The notes below the pieces were generated by a model, which was not told the DNA's origin, made no database searches, and saw nothing but the letters and a program-made list of their open reading frames with translations. The position numbers and the translations under genes were made by a program. Source: Octopus sinensis (taxonomy: Eukaryota). Taken from it: a stretch of DNA of 64,000 bases. Of the stretch, positions 1-12,345 are shown one piece after another. The stretch spans positions 33,728,001 through 33,792,000 of the forward strand of contig NC_043004.1 in assembly GCF_006345805.1 (NCBI RefSeq), written 5' to 3'. Position 1 is the stretch's first letter, and each line of letters starts with the position of its first letter.

Positions 1-45
1 TATCTTTTATGGGTTTCAGCCAGGGGCTGAGGCCATGCTGTAGCA
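1..45 (-). mobile_element. 3' tail fragment of the SINE-A/CR1-type LINE tail family
   Basis: Reverse complement reads tgctacagcatggcctcagcc-cct-ggctgaaac-ccataaaagata, the same layout as SINE A tails but with a different stem-loop sequence. Confidence 0.6.
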
Positions 46-159
46 TATATATAATATACATGCTTCTTTTTTCTTCTCTTTCTTCATCTCCTTATTCTTT
101 TACTCCTGTCCTCTATGTCATCATTTCATTAATGTATATCCTTCTGATTTTCCCTATTT

Positions 160-215
160 GTCTCTGATGATGGAGTATCCCATACTCAGGGATATCTCAG
201 AAACAGCTGTAAGAC
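160..215 (+). ncRNA. Minimal type I hammerhead ribozyme motif (Penelope-like pLTR type)
   Basis: Stem I gtct(160-163)/agac(212-215); core CTGATGA 164-170; stem II tatccc/gggata plus extension; GAAAC 200-204; palindromic acagctgt; GTA cleavage triplet 209-211. Confidence 0.75.
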
Positions 216-465
216 TTTGGATTTTTCCAATAATAATAATGTATAAGACTTGAGATGTTTGCCTTGCCTTAATGTTTGTTGTCCTCTTTAACAATTCTAT
301 ATCTGCTATATCTAAATATGCAATGGCTCCATTACTACCATCTTGGCTATAACCTTGGAGCCATAGTAATCCATTACAGCAATTACCTAACGTACCTAAT
401 CATTTAGATCACCTGCGAACTAAAGCACCATATTTCGTATATTTATATATGTATATATACATATA

Positions 466-844
466 CTCTTTACTCTTTTACTTGTTTCAGTCATTTGACT
501 GTGGCCATGCTGGAGCACCGCATTTAATCGAGCAACTCGACCCTAGGACTTATTCTTTTGTAAGCCCAGTACTTATTCTATTGGTCTCTTTTGCTGAACC
601 GCTAAGTAACGGGGACATAACATACCAGCATCGGTTGTCAAGCAATGCTAGGGGGACAAACACACACACACGCATATATATACATATATACGATGGGCTT
701 CTTTCAGTTTCCGTCTACCAAATCCACTCACAAGGCATTGGTCGGCCCGAGGCTATAGTAGAAGACACTTGCCCAAGGTGCCATGCAGTGGGACTGAACC
801 CGGAACCAAGTGGTTGGTAAACTAGCTCCTTACCACACAGCCAC
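466..844 (-). mobile_element. tRNA-derived SINE family A, near full length
   Basis: Reverse complement of the 9220-9625 copy: A/B boxes, internal TA/TG microsatellite, GGTGCTCCAGCATGGCC...GAAAC tail. Confidence 0.9.
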
Positions 845-1045
845 ATATATACTGCTAACACACAAAACTCTTTGGCCTCCAGTTACTTTGTAACATCTGC
901 AAATTAAATAAAAAATATATATTTATATATACACATACATATATATCTATATGTGTAATATACATACTTTAGTAGAAAATGAAGTAGGACTGGAATCCAA
1001 ACCATATGTCTGTGAAGCTAATCCATCAACCATGCAGTCACATAG

Positions 1046-1187
1046 TAACTTATCTGTTTGGCAAAAGAGACCAATAGAATAAGTACTAGGCTTACAAAGA
1101 ATAAGTCCTGGGGTCAATTTGTTCGACTAAAGGTGGTGCTGCAGCATGGCCACAGTCAAATGACTGAAACAAATAAAAAACTAAAAG
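1046..1187 (+). mobile_element. SINE family A, 3' fragment
   Basis: gcaaaagagacc...gaataagtcctggggtc...cagcatggccacagtcaaatgactgaaac. Confidence 0.85.
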
Positions 1188-1209
1188 AATATATATATAC
1201 ATATATATA

Positions 1210-1617
1210 GGTGTAGGCATGGCTGTGTTGTAAGAAGCTTGCTTCTCAACCTCATGGTTCTGGGTTCAGCCCCACTGCGTGGCATCCATTATAGCTCAGG
1301 CCAACCAAAGCCTTGCGAGTGGATTTGGTAGGCAGAAACTGAAAGGAGCCCATCATATATATATATATGCATGCATGTATGTATGTATGTATGTATGTAC
1401 ATATATGTTTGTGTGCCTGTGTTTGTTCCCCCACTGCTGCTTGACAACCGATGTTGGTGTATTTACGCCCCTGTAACTTAGCGGTTCAGTAAAAGAGAAC
1501 AAAAGAATAAGTACCAGGCTTACAAAGAATAAATCCAGGATTTGATTTGCTTGACTAAAGGAAGTGCTCCAGAATGGCTGCAGTTAAATGACCGAAACAA
1601 GTAAAAGAATAAAAGAA
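1210..1617 (+). mobile_element. SINE family A, full length
   Basis: Head tggctgtgttg...gggttcagccc, body and tail match the other copies. Confidence 0.9.
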
Positions 1618-1638
1618 TATATATATATATATATCTAT

Positions 1639-1890
1639 TGAGGGTTGGCCAAAAGTTAGCCGACAGTAAATCAAAATTCCATAAATACTTAATATTGAAT
1701 TTTATTTATTCATTCCAATTATAAATGTTTAATAATTGAATGCTATGAGTTAAAATCATGGTATTTTTTTTTGAAACATTTGTCTATTCATTAGCGAAGT
1801 CTCATATAAAATAATTTTAAAATTTTTTGTTTTAATCTTGGAATTAACGAGTTTTGATTTACTGTCAGGTGAATTTTGGCTAACCCTGTA
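1639..1890. mobile_element. Tc1/mariner-type MITE
   Basis: About 40-bp imperfect TIRs: agggttggccaaaagttagccgacagtaaatcaaaa / ttttgatttactgtcaggtgaattttggctaaccctgta; right end finishes in TA. Confidence 0.7.
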
Positions 1891-1959
1891 CACACACACA
1901 CACATGCGTGCGTTTGTGTGCATGTGTCACCAATTCTGTTCATGATAGTGATTGATTTC

Positions 1960-2848
1960 TTCCTACCTCTGCTGGCAACAAAGCGTCTCTCTCTCTCAGA
2001 GTGAAAGGCAGATTGTATGTTGCTTGTGTGCAAGCAGCTATGCTATATGGCAGTGGAACATGGGCTTTGACAGCTGAAAACATGTGTAGGCTTGAAAGAA
2101 ATGAAACCAGTATGCTTCGCTGGATGTGCATGTTTGACAGAGTGTGAGCTTCTTGAGAGAAAAGTTAAGAGGCATCAGATGTGGTGTGCAAGAGAGACGA
2201 CTGTGCTTGAATGGTCATGTGATATGTATAGACAAGTACAGCTGTGTAAAGATGTGCTGATCTCTAACTGTGGAGGGAAACTGTGATAGAGGTAGGCCTC
2301 GGATGACATGGGATGAGGTGGTGAAGCATGATCTTCGAACTTTGAGCCTCACAGAGGCAATGACTGGTGACAGAGACCTTTGGTGATATACTGTGCTTGT
2401 GAGGACTGGCCAAGCCAAGTGAAATCGTAGTCATGACCGATGCTGGTGTCATGTAATTGGTACCTGTGCTGGTAGCACATAAAGAGTACCTCATGGAGGC
2501 CAAGTGGCTGAGTTCCTTTCAAGCACTGGGCCTCACAGAGGCTAAGTGGCTGAGTACGTTTTGAGTGTTGAGCCTCATGGAGGCAACGACTGGAACATTT
2601 GGCATTATGTTGAGCTTGAGAAGAAGACCCATGAAGCCAAGTAAAATTGCAGTCATGGCAGGCACCTGTGACGGTGGCATGTAAAAGCACCCATTACACT
2701 TTCAGAGTGGTTGGCATTAGGAAGGACATTCACCCATAGAAACCATGCCAAAGCAGACTGGAATCTGGTACAGCCTTTCATCTTGCCAGTCCTGGTCAAA
2801 CTGTCCAGCCCATGCCAGCATGGACAACGGATGTTAAATGATGATAAT
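1960..2848 (+). mobile_element. RTE-clade LINE 3' fragment (decayed ORF C-terminus plus 3'UTR)
   Basis: Translates to LSLRVKGRLYVACVQAAMLYGSGTWALTAENMCRLERNETSMLRWMC; 3'UTR gtggttggcattaggaaggacat...gttaaatgatgat tail. Confidence 0.85.
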
Positions 2849-2989
2849 GCCATTGGCATCAGTCACTTTGCTTCCATGAAGCCCAACCCTTGAAAAGTAC
2901 GTTTTACATGCCACCAGCACGGGGGCCACTTATATGAACCCAGCATAAGCAATAACTGCGATTTCACTTGGCTTGACAGTTCTTCTCTG

Positions 2990-3061
<72 letters not shown>

Positions 3062-3944
3062 ATGTAAATACACACACACACATATATACATATATTTAGA
3101 TGTACAGTGTGTGCTTCTTTTTTCTGTATTGTTTACAAAACATGTCTTCTTTTGTTACCAAATCCACAAAGAAAATCAACCTTTTTCCAGGTATAGCATG
3201 TTTAAGAATGCATTATTTTCATTTCATTTATTCCTGCATATTTCAAGCAGAGTGTGACGCAGAATACAAAGTGTAATTGGGATAAAATCTGACAACGTGT
3301 TCAGATACGTTAAAGTCAGCATTCTTTCGGTTTGGAATTGAATCAATTTCCGCCTTCAAAAAACTGATCCCAAAGACTTAGCAACTCAACAATGCTCCGG
3401 CTTCCATGATATGCTGATTGACCAATCATGTTCTATGGATGGACACTATTCAACTAAATCATAACAAATGGTAAGTGCCTACATGTACATTCGGTACCAT
3501 TATTTAGGTTATCTACTTACCATTCCACTGTGATGGACAGAAACATAGAGTTTCTTGTAAAAAAAAAAAGAAATAATCAAGATACAAAAAAACCCAGTTA
3601 AGATGTAAAAATGCTAGAATATGAGAATAGATCGTTGACTTGATACATAAATTTTCATCCACATTCTGGTTCACTCTAAGCTCAATACTGTTTTAGACTT
3701 TTCTACAGAAGAACTTTATGATCGCCAGAACTCATTATTCTACATTAAAATCACACTGTAATTATTCTTTTCTGCTCTAGGGACAAGGCCTGAAATCACA
3801 CCGTAAATATTACAATAACATGAGACAACTGTCACTCCATAACAAACATTAAACACACACACACTTACACACACACGCACACACACACGCACACACACAT
3901 AGACACACACACATAGACACACACACACATACACACATTCATTA

Positions 3945-4585
3945 TGCATGTGAGGCCAAGACATTTGCTTCCCAGCCATATAGTCCTGGGTTCAATCGCA
4001 CAACATGGTACCTTGAAAAATGTGTCTTTTTCTATTTCTTTACTACCCACAAGGGGCTAAACACAGAGAGGACAAACAAGGACAGACAAACGGATTAAGT
4101 CGATTATATCGACCCCAGTGCGTAACTGGTACTTAATTTATCGACCCTGAAAGGATGAAAGGCAAAGTCGACCTTGGCGGAATTTGAACTCAGAACGTAA
4201 CGGCAGACGAAATACCGCAAAGCATTTCGCCCGGCGTGCTAACGATTCTGTCAGCTCGATGCCTTTTAAATGTGTCTTTTTCTATTGCCCTAGGCTGACC
4301 AAATCCTTATGACTAAATTTGATTGGCAGAATTTGAAAAAAGTCTTGTCATATATATATACATATGTGTGTATGTGTGTTTTTGTGTCCCCATGATTTGA
4401 CATTGTCTGATTGTCATAAATGAGTGTCACTGTCATACAAGCAGTGTCAGTCATTTCCAATCTTGTCTCATCATGGGGAAACAGCCAAGGGTTGGCAACA
4501 GGAAGAGCATCCAGCATCTATCCCTTGAAAGTATGTCCAACCTGTAGAAGCAGAGAAAAGTTGACATTAAAACAATGATGATGTG
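3945..4585 (+). mobile_element. SINE with family-A head and RTE-type tail, interrupted by a SINE B copy
   Basis: Head gcttcccagcca...gggttcaatc at 3968-3998; body resumes at 4287; tail ggttggcaacaggaagagcatccagc...gacattaaaacaatgatgatg. Confidence 0.6.
4031..4267 (-). mobile_element. tRNA-derived SINE family B with 19-bp target-site duplication
   Basis: Matches the 49163-49392 copy; identical aaatgtgtctttttctatt at 4018-4036 and 4268-4286. Confidence 0.9.
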
Positions 4586-4634
4586 TGTTATATACATACA
4601 TACATACATACACAGACACAGACACAGGCACAGA

Positions 4635-4672
<38 letters not shown>

Positions 4673-4930
4673 CACACACAGATAGACAAATGAATATACA
4701 TATACATACACATACATATTCATATGCTGGTCCCATTGCTAGAAGGTGGTAGGGATTATCTCCCCTGCTTGCACTATCTCAGATGCAGCTGTCCATCATT
4801 AACCAGCTAGAGGAGATATCCTCTTGGGGTTAAAAAATTGCAGTAAAGTCCGTTGGAATGGACAGCCATATTGATATACATATATATTTATATATATATA
4901 AATATATACATATACATACATATATATATA

Positions 4931-5140
4931 CTCTTTTACTCTTTTACTTGTTTCAGTCATTTGACTGCAGCCATGCTGGAGCACCGCCTTTAATCGAGCA
5001 ACTCGACCCCGAGACTTATTGTTTTGTAAGCCCAGTACTTATTCTATTGGTCTCTTTTGCCGAACCGCTAAGTAACGGGGACATAAACACACCAGCATTG
5101 GTTGTCAAGCAATGCTAGGGGGACAAACACAGACACACAA

Positions 5141-5179
<39 letters not shown>

Positions 5180-5291
5180 CATATATACGACGGGCTTCTT
5201 TTCAGTTTCCATCTACCAAATCCACTCACAAGGCTTTGGTTGGCCTGAGGCTATAGTAGAAGACACTTGCCCAGGGTGCCACGCAGTGAGA
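4931..5291 (-). mobile_element. SINE family A, full length
   Basis: High similarity to the reverse complement of 9220-9625. Confidence 0.9.
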
Positions 5292-5396
5292 CTGAACCCA
5301 GAACCATGTGGTTGGTAAACAAGCTACTTACCACACAGCCACTCCTGCGCCTATGTATATATATATATATATTATATATATATATATATATATGTA

Positions 5397-5428
<32 letters not shown>

Positions 5429-5797
5429 CTCTTACTCTTTTACTCTTTTACTTGTTTCAGTCATTTGACTGCGGCCATGCTGGAGCACCACCTTTTAGTA
5501 CTTATTCTATCGGTCTCTTTTGCCGAACCGCTAAGTGACGGGGACGTAAACACACCAGCATCGGTTGTCAAGCAATGCTAGGGGGACAAACACAGACACA
5601 CAAACACACACATACAAACATATATATATATATACATATATACGACAGGCTTCTTTCAGTTTCCGTCTACCAAATCCACTCACAAGGCATTGGTCGGCCC
5701 GGGGCTATAGCAGAAGACACTTGCCCAAGATGCCACGCAGTGGGACTGAACCCGCAACCGTGTGGTTGGTTAGCAAGCTACTTACCACACAGCCACT
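5429..5797 (-). mobile_element. SINE family A with internal deletion near the tail
   Basis: Same family; lacks the ctcgacccc...gtaagcc segment present in neighbouring copies. Confidence 0.9.
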
Positions 5798-6185
5798 ATA
5801 TACATATATATTTATATGCAATACATATATATATGCACATATGTACATACACACATGTATATACCTATACATGTAACTGAAGTAGCGTACAGCCTTTACC
5901 TAAACCCAAATGATTCAGTAATTTGCTTCCCCCCACCCCACCCCCTCTACCACTCCTTTCACCAAATTTTTACCTACAGTACCAAAACGGAAATGGCCAA
6001 ACTGGCTATAAAACGTATCGCCCTCACCTATCTCACCTGTCTACAAAATTCATTAGCCACCTCCTCCTCCCCTCCTCCCGTCCTTCCTCTTCTCTGATGA
6101 AATGATTGCAAAAACAATAAAGAAACAAAACAATTCAGTATGAAATTCAGTTGCTTAATAAAGACTTTGAGGTGGTAACATGAAT

Positions 6186-6399
6186 AACACACACACACCC
6201 ACACACACATACACACACATGCACACATACACACCCACACCCACACACACATACACACACACTCACACACATGCACGCACACACACATTCACACAATACA
6301 CTCACTCACACACACATGCACGCATATACACATACACACATACACACACAAATACACACACATACACACATACACACATACACACACATACACACACAT

Positions 6400-6463
<64 letters not shown>

Positions 6464-6470
6464 CACACCT
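6186..6470. repeat. (CA)n/(CATA)n compound microsatellite
   Basis: Direct inspection. Confidence 0.95.
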
Positions 6471-7586
6471 ATAGTGTTTGTGAATTTCGCCTCTTAATAT
6501 GCCCATTATATTTATTGCATCGTGATGGAGTACTGATAGCCATTCTAAAACACACACACAGTGTTTTATTCGCTTCAGTCTCATTTTGTAACAGTATTAT
6601 TTATTATTAACTACCAAAGTCTTTTGTCATGCATTTACAGTCAAATACTTTATTCCACTGTATATAATTTAATTATCTCACAATGTTCTTGGTATAATTC
6701 CAATGTACCTTTTACTTTCATATTTTAGTTTATTTTATTCATGTTTAGATAATATTTTCGGTTTTCCCATAAAGCTCTTGTTATGTGAAGAATTGTACGA
6801 ATATGTGTGATTCTATCAAATTTATGTTTATTAATTTCTTTTGCTCTCACTTCCTTTCCAATCATAACCATTTTGATTAGATCACTGTTCACAAAAAAAA
6901 AAAAAGAAAAAGAAAAAAAAAATCTATTCGGTAGTTTTGTAATACACACTTTGATAATCTCAAATGATTAATTAGTAGAAGAAACAGCACTAGGTTAATG
7001 TTTACACTCTTCACAATGGCTATTCCCATTCCTGTCATGAAGTGACATAAATTTGGTAGAAATGCCCAGACTGTTTGAAATATAGTGAAACAGCCAACTC
7101 CTCTGAAAAAAAAAAATCAACCAGTTACTTTGATTTCCATAAAGAACGGTTTCATATTAATTACACTTGAGGGTATGGCTACTTTGGTTCTGTTTGCTTG
7201 TAAAATAAGTGTTTTATTGAAATTTGGCTAAAGTAGAATTTATTTGCAGGCAAACGGTTTTGCTTGCATTTAAAAGGAAAAACGAATGTTAGAAATGTCA
7301 CCTGTAAACAGGCAAATGAGAAAGAAATAATAAAACAGAATGCAGAAGCAAATATACTAAAAAACATTTTTTCTGGGACTTTAATTTATTTTTTATTTAC
7401 GAAAGCAGAAGTTTCAGAAATGTCATTATTCATTTCTACAATTTTCATATCTATAAAATATTAGAATCTTTCAAAAAACGAAATTTATTATTTTTAAAGC
7501 TTCACCATTAACATGTGAAAATTTCCAGCTTTTTGGAAAATGCCGTAGCAATAGCTTGAAAGAAGTGCATGTACACACACACACAC

Positions 7587-7626
<40 letters not shown>

Positions 7627-8584
7627 TATATATATGTATATATATGTACACTCATAGATGTGATGTGTGTGTACATTTATATATATGTATGCACATTCCA
7701 ATACATATACATATGTATACACACACATCAACAAATATTTATGTGTAAGTATATATAAATACATACATATATATATATATAAATACATACACACACACAC
7801 ATACACACGCACACACATATATATATATAATACATACACACACATATATATATAAAATACATATATATATATTCATATATATTTATATATACACCCTCAA
7901 AATGATATATATGTTTATGATGTGCGTGCGTATGCATGTGCGTGTGCACCAACACTTGTGTGTTGGTGTGTGTGTGTGTATGTTTGTGTGTGTGGTAGCT
8001 AAGTGCATTTCAATAGCTAGACTAATAACCAAACCCGTTCTTCATTTTAACTGCACAGCCATGTTTTAAAATATAATTTCATGTGCAAAAAGCCTGCTTT
8101 CATCTTGGTATCCTGATGTGTCTAATATAACAGACAGACGTCTTTTGTTGTATGATTAAGTGAATTACTTCTCTTGTCATGACATCTCAACTATTTGACT
8201 TGTTATGATCAAAGATCTCAATCAGTCGGTGATCAGTCTGTTGGCTTCTAGACGAGACTGGTGGAAAACAAATTTCTTTCTTGGTCCCACACATAACCCT
8301 ACATGTTAAAGATCATCTCTTATTGTTATAGTGTTGCCACTGTTTGCCATAACAAGTCCTTTCCATCCTGTGGTAGCCTTTTATGACTGAGTAGAATAAG
8401 CCAAGTAAATGTTCTGGGCCAGCATGCGATAAAATAATGGTGTCAACTCTCAACCTCTCATCTACTTGACTGGTTCCTCCCCCTATGAACTTATTCACCT
8501 AGAAGACAAGAGAGAAGCTTATATGTGGTCGTCTTATCTGCTATAAATAGCAGCCAGATCTCCCTCACATCACACTCTACTGTT

Positions 8585-8822
8585 TTAAACCCTTGGTTAC
8601 CAATTTCTGTTTGAATACAATGTCTTTGTTTAAATTTAAAATTCTTTTGAAAAACACTGAAGAATTTAGTAAAATAACTTTGTCATAATTAAGCTGGTGT
8701 TTGCAACTTAAATTAATGAGAAATTTTGAGTGTAAGTTTTAATTTAGATTACTTTAAAACATGAAGAGTTTGGATTGAAGAATCAAGGATGATTCCAGGA
8801 GTGTTGATATCGAAAAGGTTAA
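8585..8822. mobile_element. piggyBac-type MITE (TTAA-flanked)
   Basis: ttaa-acccttgg ... cgaaaagg-ttaa; internal gaatttagtaaaataactt is the reverse complement of sequence in the 29852-30079 copy. Confidence 0.6.
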
Positions 8823-9219
8823 AATAGAAAAACCTTTTTGACAAATTTGTCTTCGTGACACTATACTTGAAAATAAGGGCGTGTGGTAGGGTGGGTGGTG
8901 CATGAATGGAATAGCTGTAATCATAAGCTTGTTTGATCAGTGACCCAAATACTTGTAATAGAATGAACTTAGCTAAAGGAATACCCAAAGTCAGTGATCC
9001 TAAAAACCCAAGAGAATGAGATTAGTCACAGAATAATTTGGTTCTTCATACTTACAAACATCCTTTACAAAATTATGTTTGAATAAAAAATGTGGTTTGA
9101 ACAATGGAGATGATATCAAGATAAATGATGGGGAATTTGTGTTTTAGAGATGTTTCATGTATGTTGTTATTTCACTTGAAATCAGCTCAGATTTGAACTT
9201 TTGATCAAATATTTTCATA

Positions 9220-9390
9220 GGCGCAGGAGTGGCTGTGTGGTAAGTAGCTTGCTAACCAACCACATGGTTCCGGGTTCAGTCCCACTGCGTGGCATCTTGG
9301 GCAAGTGTCTTCTGCTATAGCCTCGGGCCGACCAATGCCTTGTGAGTGGATTTGGTAGACGGAAACTGAAAGAAGCCTGTCGTATATATG

Positions 9391-9425
<35 letters not shown>

Positions 9426-9625
9426 TTGTGTGTCTGTGTTTGTCCCCCTAGCATTGCTTGACAACCGATGCTGGTGTTTACGTCCCCGTCACTTAGCGGT
9501 TCGGCAAAAGAGACCGATAGAATAAGTACTGGGCTTACAAAGAATAAGACCCGGGGTCGATTTGCTCGACTAAAGGCGGTGCTCCAGCATGGCCGCAGTC
9601 AAATGACTGAAACAAGTAAAGAGAG
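9220..9625 (+). mobile_element. SINE family A, full-length reference-like copy
   Basis: Pol III A box TGGCTGTGTGG, B box GGTTCAGTCCC, central (TA)/(TG) microsatellite, tail ggcggtgctccagcatggccgcagtcaaatgactgaaac. Confidence 0.92.
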
Positions 9626-12123
9626 TATATGCCATGATCAACCTGTTTGTTATCTTTTCATATGTCTCTCCTTTACTAAATATATAATTTGATTGGTTTT
9701 TTTTTCCAAGTAGTAGAAACTTCTTTATTGGCCCATGAGTGTTTTATGGATTACTTGGAGAAGATGGATGAGTTCCAAGCTATTCATCAAACAATGTGGG
9801 TGTACTGGATCTAGAATTGTCCAGTAACTTGGTCGTTTTTTTTATTCGATTTAATTGCTTAAATTTTAAGCTGTTCTGATGGCGGAAGCAAAGGGGTAAG
9901 TCCTAATCGTATATTATTTCTCTACCCCACATTATCCTTGTAATTAATTCATATGTGAATCAGTGGCTTCTGTTGATCTTGAAATCCATGCTTGCTTGGC
10001 TCTGTTTTATGTGCTGTAAGGAACAGGATAAGAAATAGACACAGAACAGCCATTTTTTGCATGGTGTACAATTCAGGTTGAGTTCCTGCTTGGTAACATG
10101 CATCCACTAGGAAATCTTTTCCACCTGCATTCTCTTGCAAGCAGTTACAATATGCAATGAAAGGAACATTGCAGCATTAAGAACCTATGTTATCCTCTAA
10201 CTAAAGGTATGATTCACATGTTTGCAACTGAATGACTCTTGTTAGAGGGACATCCAAAGGCCAGGTTGTGACGTTAAACCATGCCTACCACTATATACAA
10301 ATGACAAGAACCAGCATCACTTACTGGTTTCAGAATATCTTCTTTGATACGGGTTGCAATTTAGAGGGCCAGGAACTCATAGATGAGCTGTCATTGCTGT
10401 GGTTGCAGATTCCGCGTCACTCCCTGACAGCTGATTGCAAGTTTGTGAAGTAACCAGAAAAGTCCAGAAAAGTAGGTATTGATAAAGAGAGAGAAGGGGA
10501 GAGAGTGAGAGAGAGAGCGAGAGAATGGAGGAAGAGAGAGATTAAAGAGAATAACAAGGAAAACAGCTAAATGGCTATCATCATAATAGCTTGTCATGTG
10601 TCTAAAGTTCAAATTCATTGCCAGTATACAGTTGTCAGAATGAGAAAGAGCCTTAATATTACATGCTTCAGTTCACCCCAGCTGTCAGGAATAACTTCTA
10701 CATTGTCTAGGAATGTCAACTTATTTATAACATCATTACTTCAACGAATCCTTGTAATGATGCCATAAAATTTTGCTGTGTTTCAAATTGGAAATGCTAC
10801 AGTCTAAGTATTGTGTATTTCTTACAATAATGATATAATAAACTTCTAGTTATAAACATACCACAACAGACAGTATATATTTCGTGGATATTGAACCACC
10901 AAACAGAAGCCTCTATGTAGCTGAATGACTTGCTAGAAATAGAACCAAATCTCCCTTTTATTAAAACTTATCATTTAAAAAAAATAAAGGAAACACATTT
11001 GATGATGAAGTTATAGACACAAAACCAAATGAAACAGGAAGGACAGAGAGAGTGGAGTCTGAAAGCACCACTAGTGTGCTTAACCACAGTGTGTGTTACA
11101 AATAAAGGAGTTGACTTGAAAATGACTGTGTTTTTATAAAACACTTGTGAAATAACACAGAAGAAATTTATTGTTTTTTTTTAATAAAATTATTTCTGTG
11201 AACTTAACCCAAAAAGTATTATGTTGAAGTATTTCTAGAGAAAATGTGCTTATTATTATTATTATTATTATTATTATTTTTTTTTTTTTGTATGCTCATT
11301 AGATGTGGGTCATTTTCATAGACTGAAGATTCTGCAAGATTGAGAATGAGAAAAATAAGCTGAATATATCTTGCACTCTTTCTCTCTGAAGACTTCTGTT
11401 TGTATATCTTAATAACTGTACAATTTTATTACAACATAACTCCATATGTTATCAAGTACCACCAAAAATTGATATTGTGCTTTGTAGAATATACAACACT
11501 TGGGACATTATTGAAATGTCTACTATTGCATGTGTCTATGTGTCTGTATGGTTTAGCCTGACAAAGTACCCTCCCCTTTTCCCTTTAGAGTTACACTCAC
11601 AGAAAGCTCTGAGCTGAGCTGTGAGCAGAGCTCAGTACAACCATTTTAGACAGCATCAAAAATAGTTGAGTTCATTGATGAACCTTCCATTATTAATGCA
11701 CCACAATTCAGTACAAATCTGCACAACAATAAGGTCTTACCACCATTTGAACTTTTACTATGGTGACTAGAATGGCTATAGCACCTAGCTGGCTGTGCAT
11801 CACATATCCACAGGCTGTGTACCACATCCAGAGATTTTGTACCACACATTTACAAGCTCACCTGATTCTTTTGTTCCTTCTTTTCTCATCTCAGCTAATC
11901 CTAAACATTTACTTTTATGCCAAAAACCAATCACCCTATAGAACAGGGATGGTGAAGATATTTGATAAGAAAAACCACATATGATATCTATAATTGCTAG
12001 GCCATTTGCTCTCATGAAATCCTAGAAGCACCATGCTGTTCATACACTCTGACAGGATGGTCAAAGCTGTAATGACTTTGATCATAGGTCTACTTAATTA
12101 GGGATGAACTGGGGTTAAACAAT

Positions 12124-12345
12124 ATATTTCTTCACTACCCACAAGGGGCTAAACACAGAGGGGACAAACAAAGACAGACAAATGGATTAAGTCGATTACA
12201 TCGACCCCAGTGTGTAACTGATACTTATTTATTGACCCCGAAAGGATGAAAGGCAAAGTTGACCTCAGTGGAATTTGAACTCAAAACGTAACGGCAGACA
12301 AAATATGGCTACGCATTTTGCATGCTAACGTTTCTGCCAGCTCAT
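12124..12345 (-). mobile_element. SINE family B
   Basis: ctacccacaaggggctaaacacagag...gaaaggatgaaaggc...gaatttgaactc...ctgccagctc. Confidence 0.9.

Noticed and set aside
6090-6170. ctgatga...gaaattc as another hammerhead
   Set aside because: No convincing stem I partner or stem III palindrome could be assigned
9220-9295. SINE A head as a tRNA gene
   Set aside because: A/B boxes are present but there is no complete cloverleaf, and it is always attached to the SINE body
10232-10453. 73-aa ORF in unique sequence
   Set aside because: No recognisable motif and no clear splice-site pair
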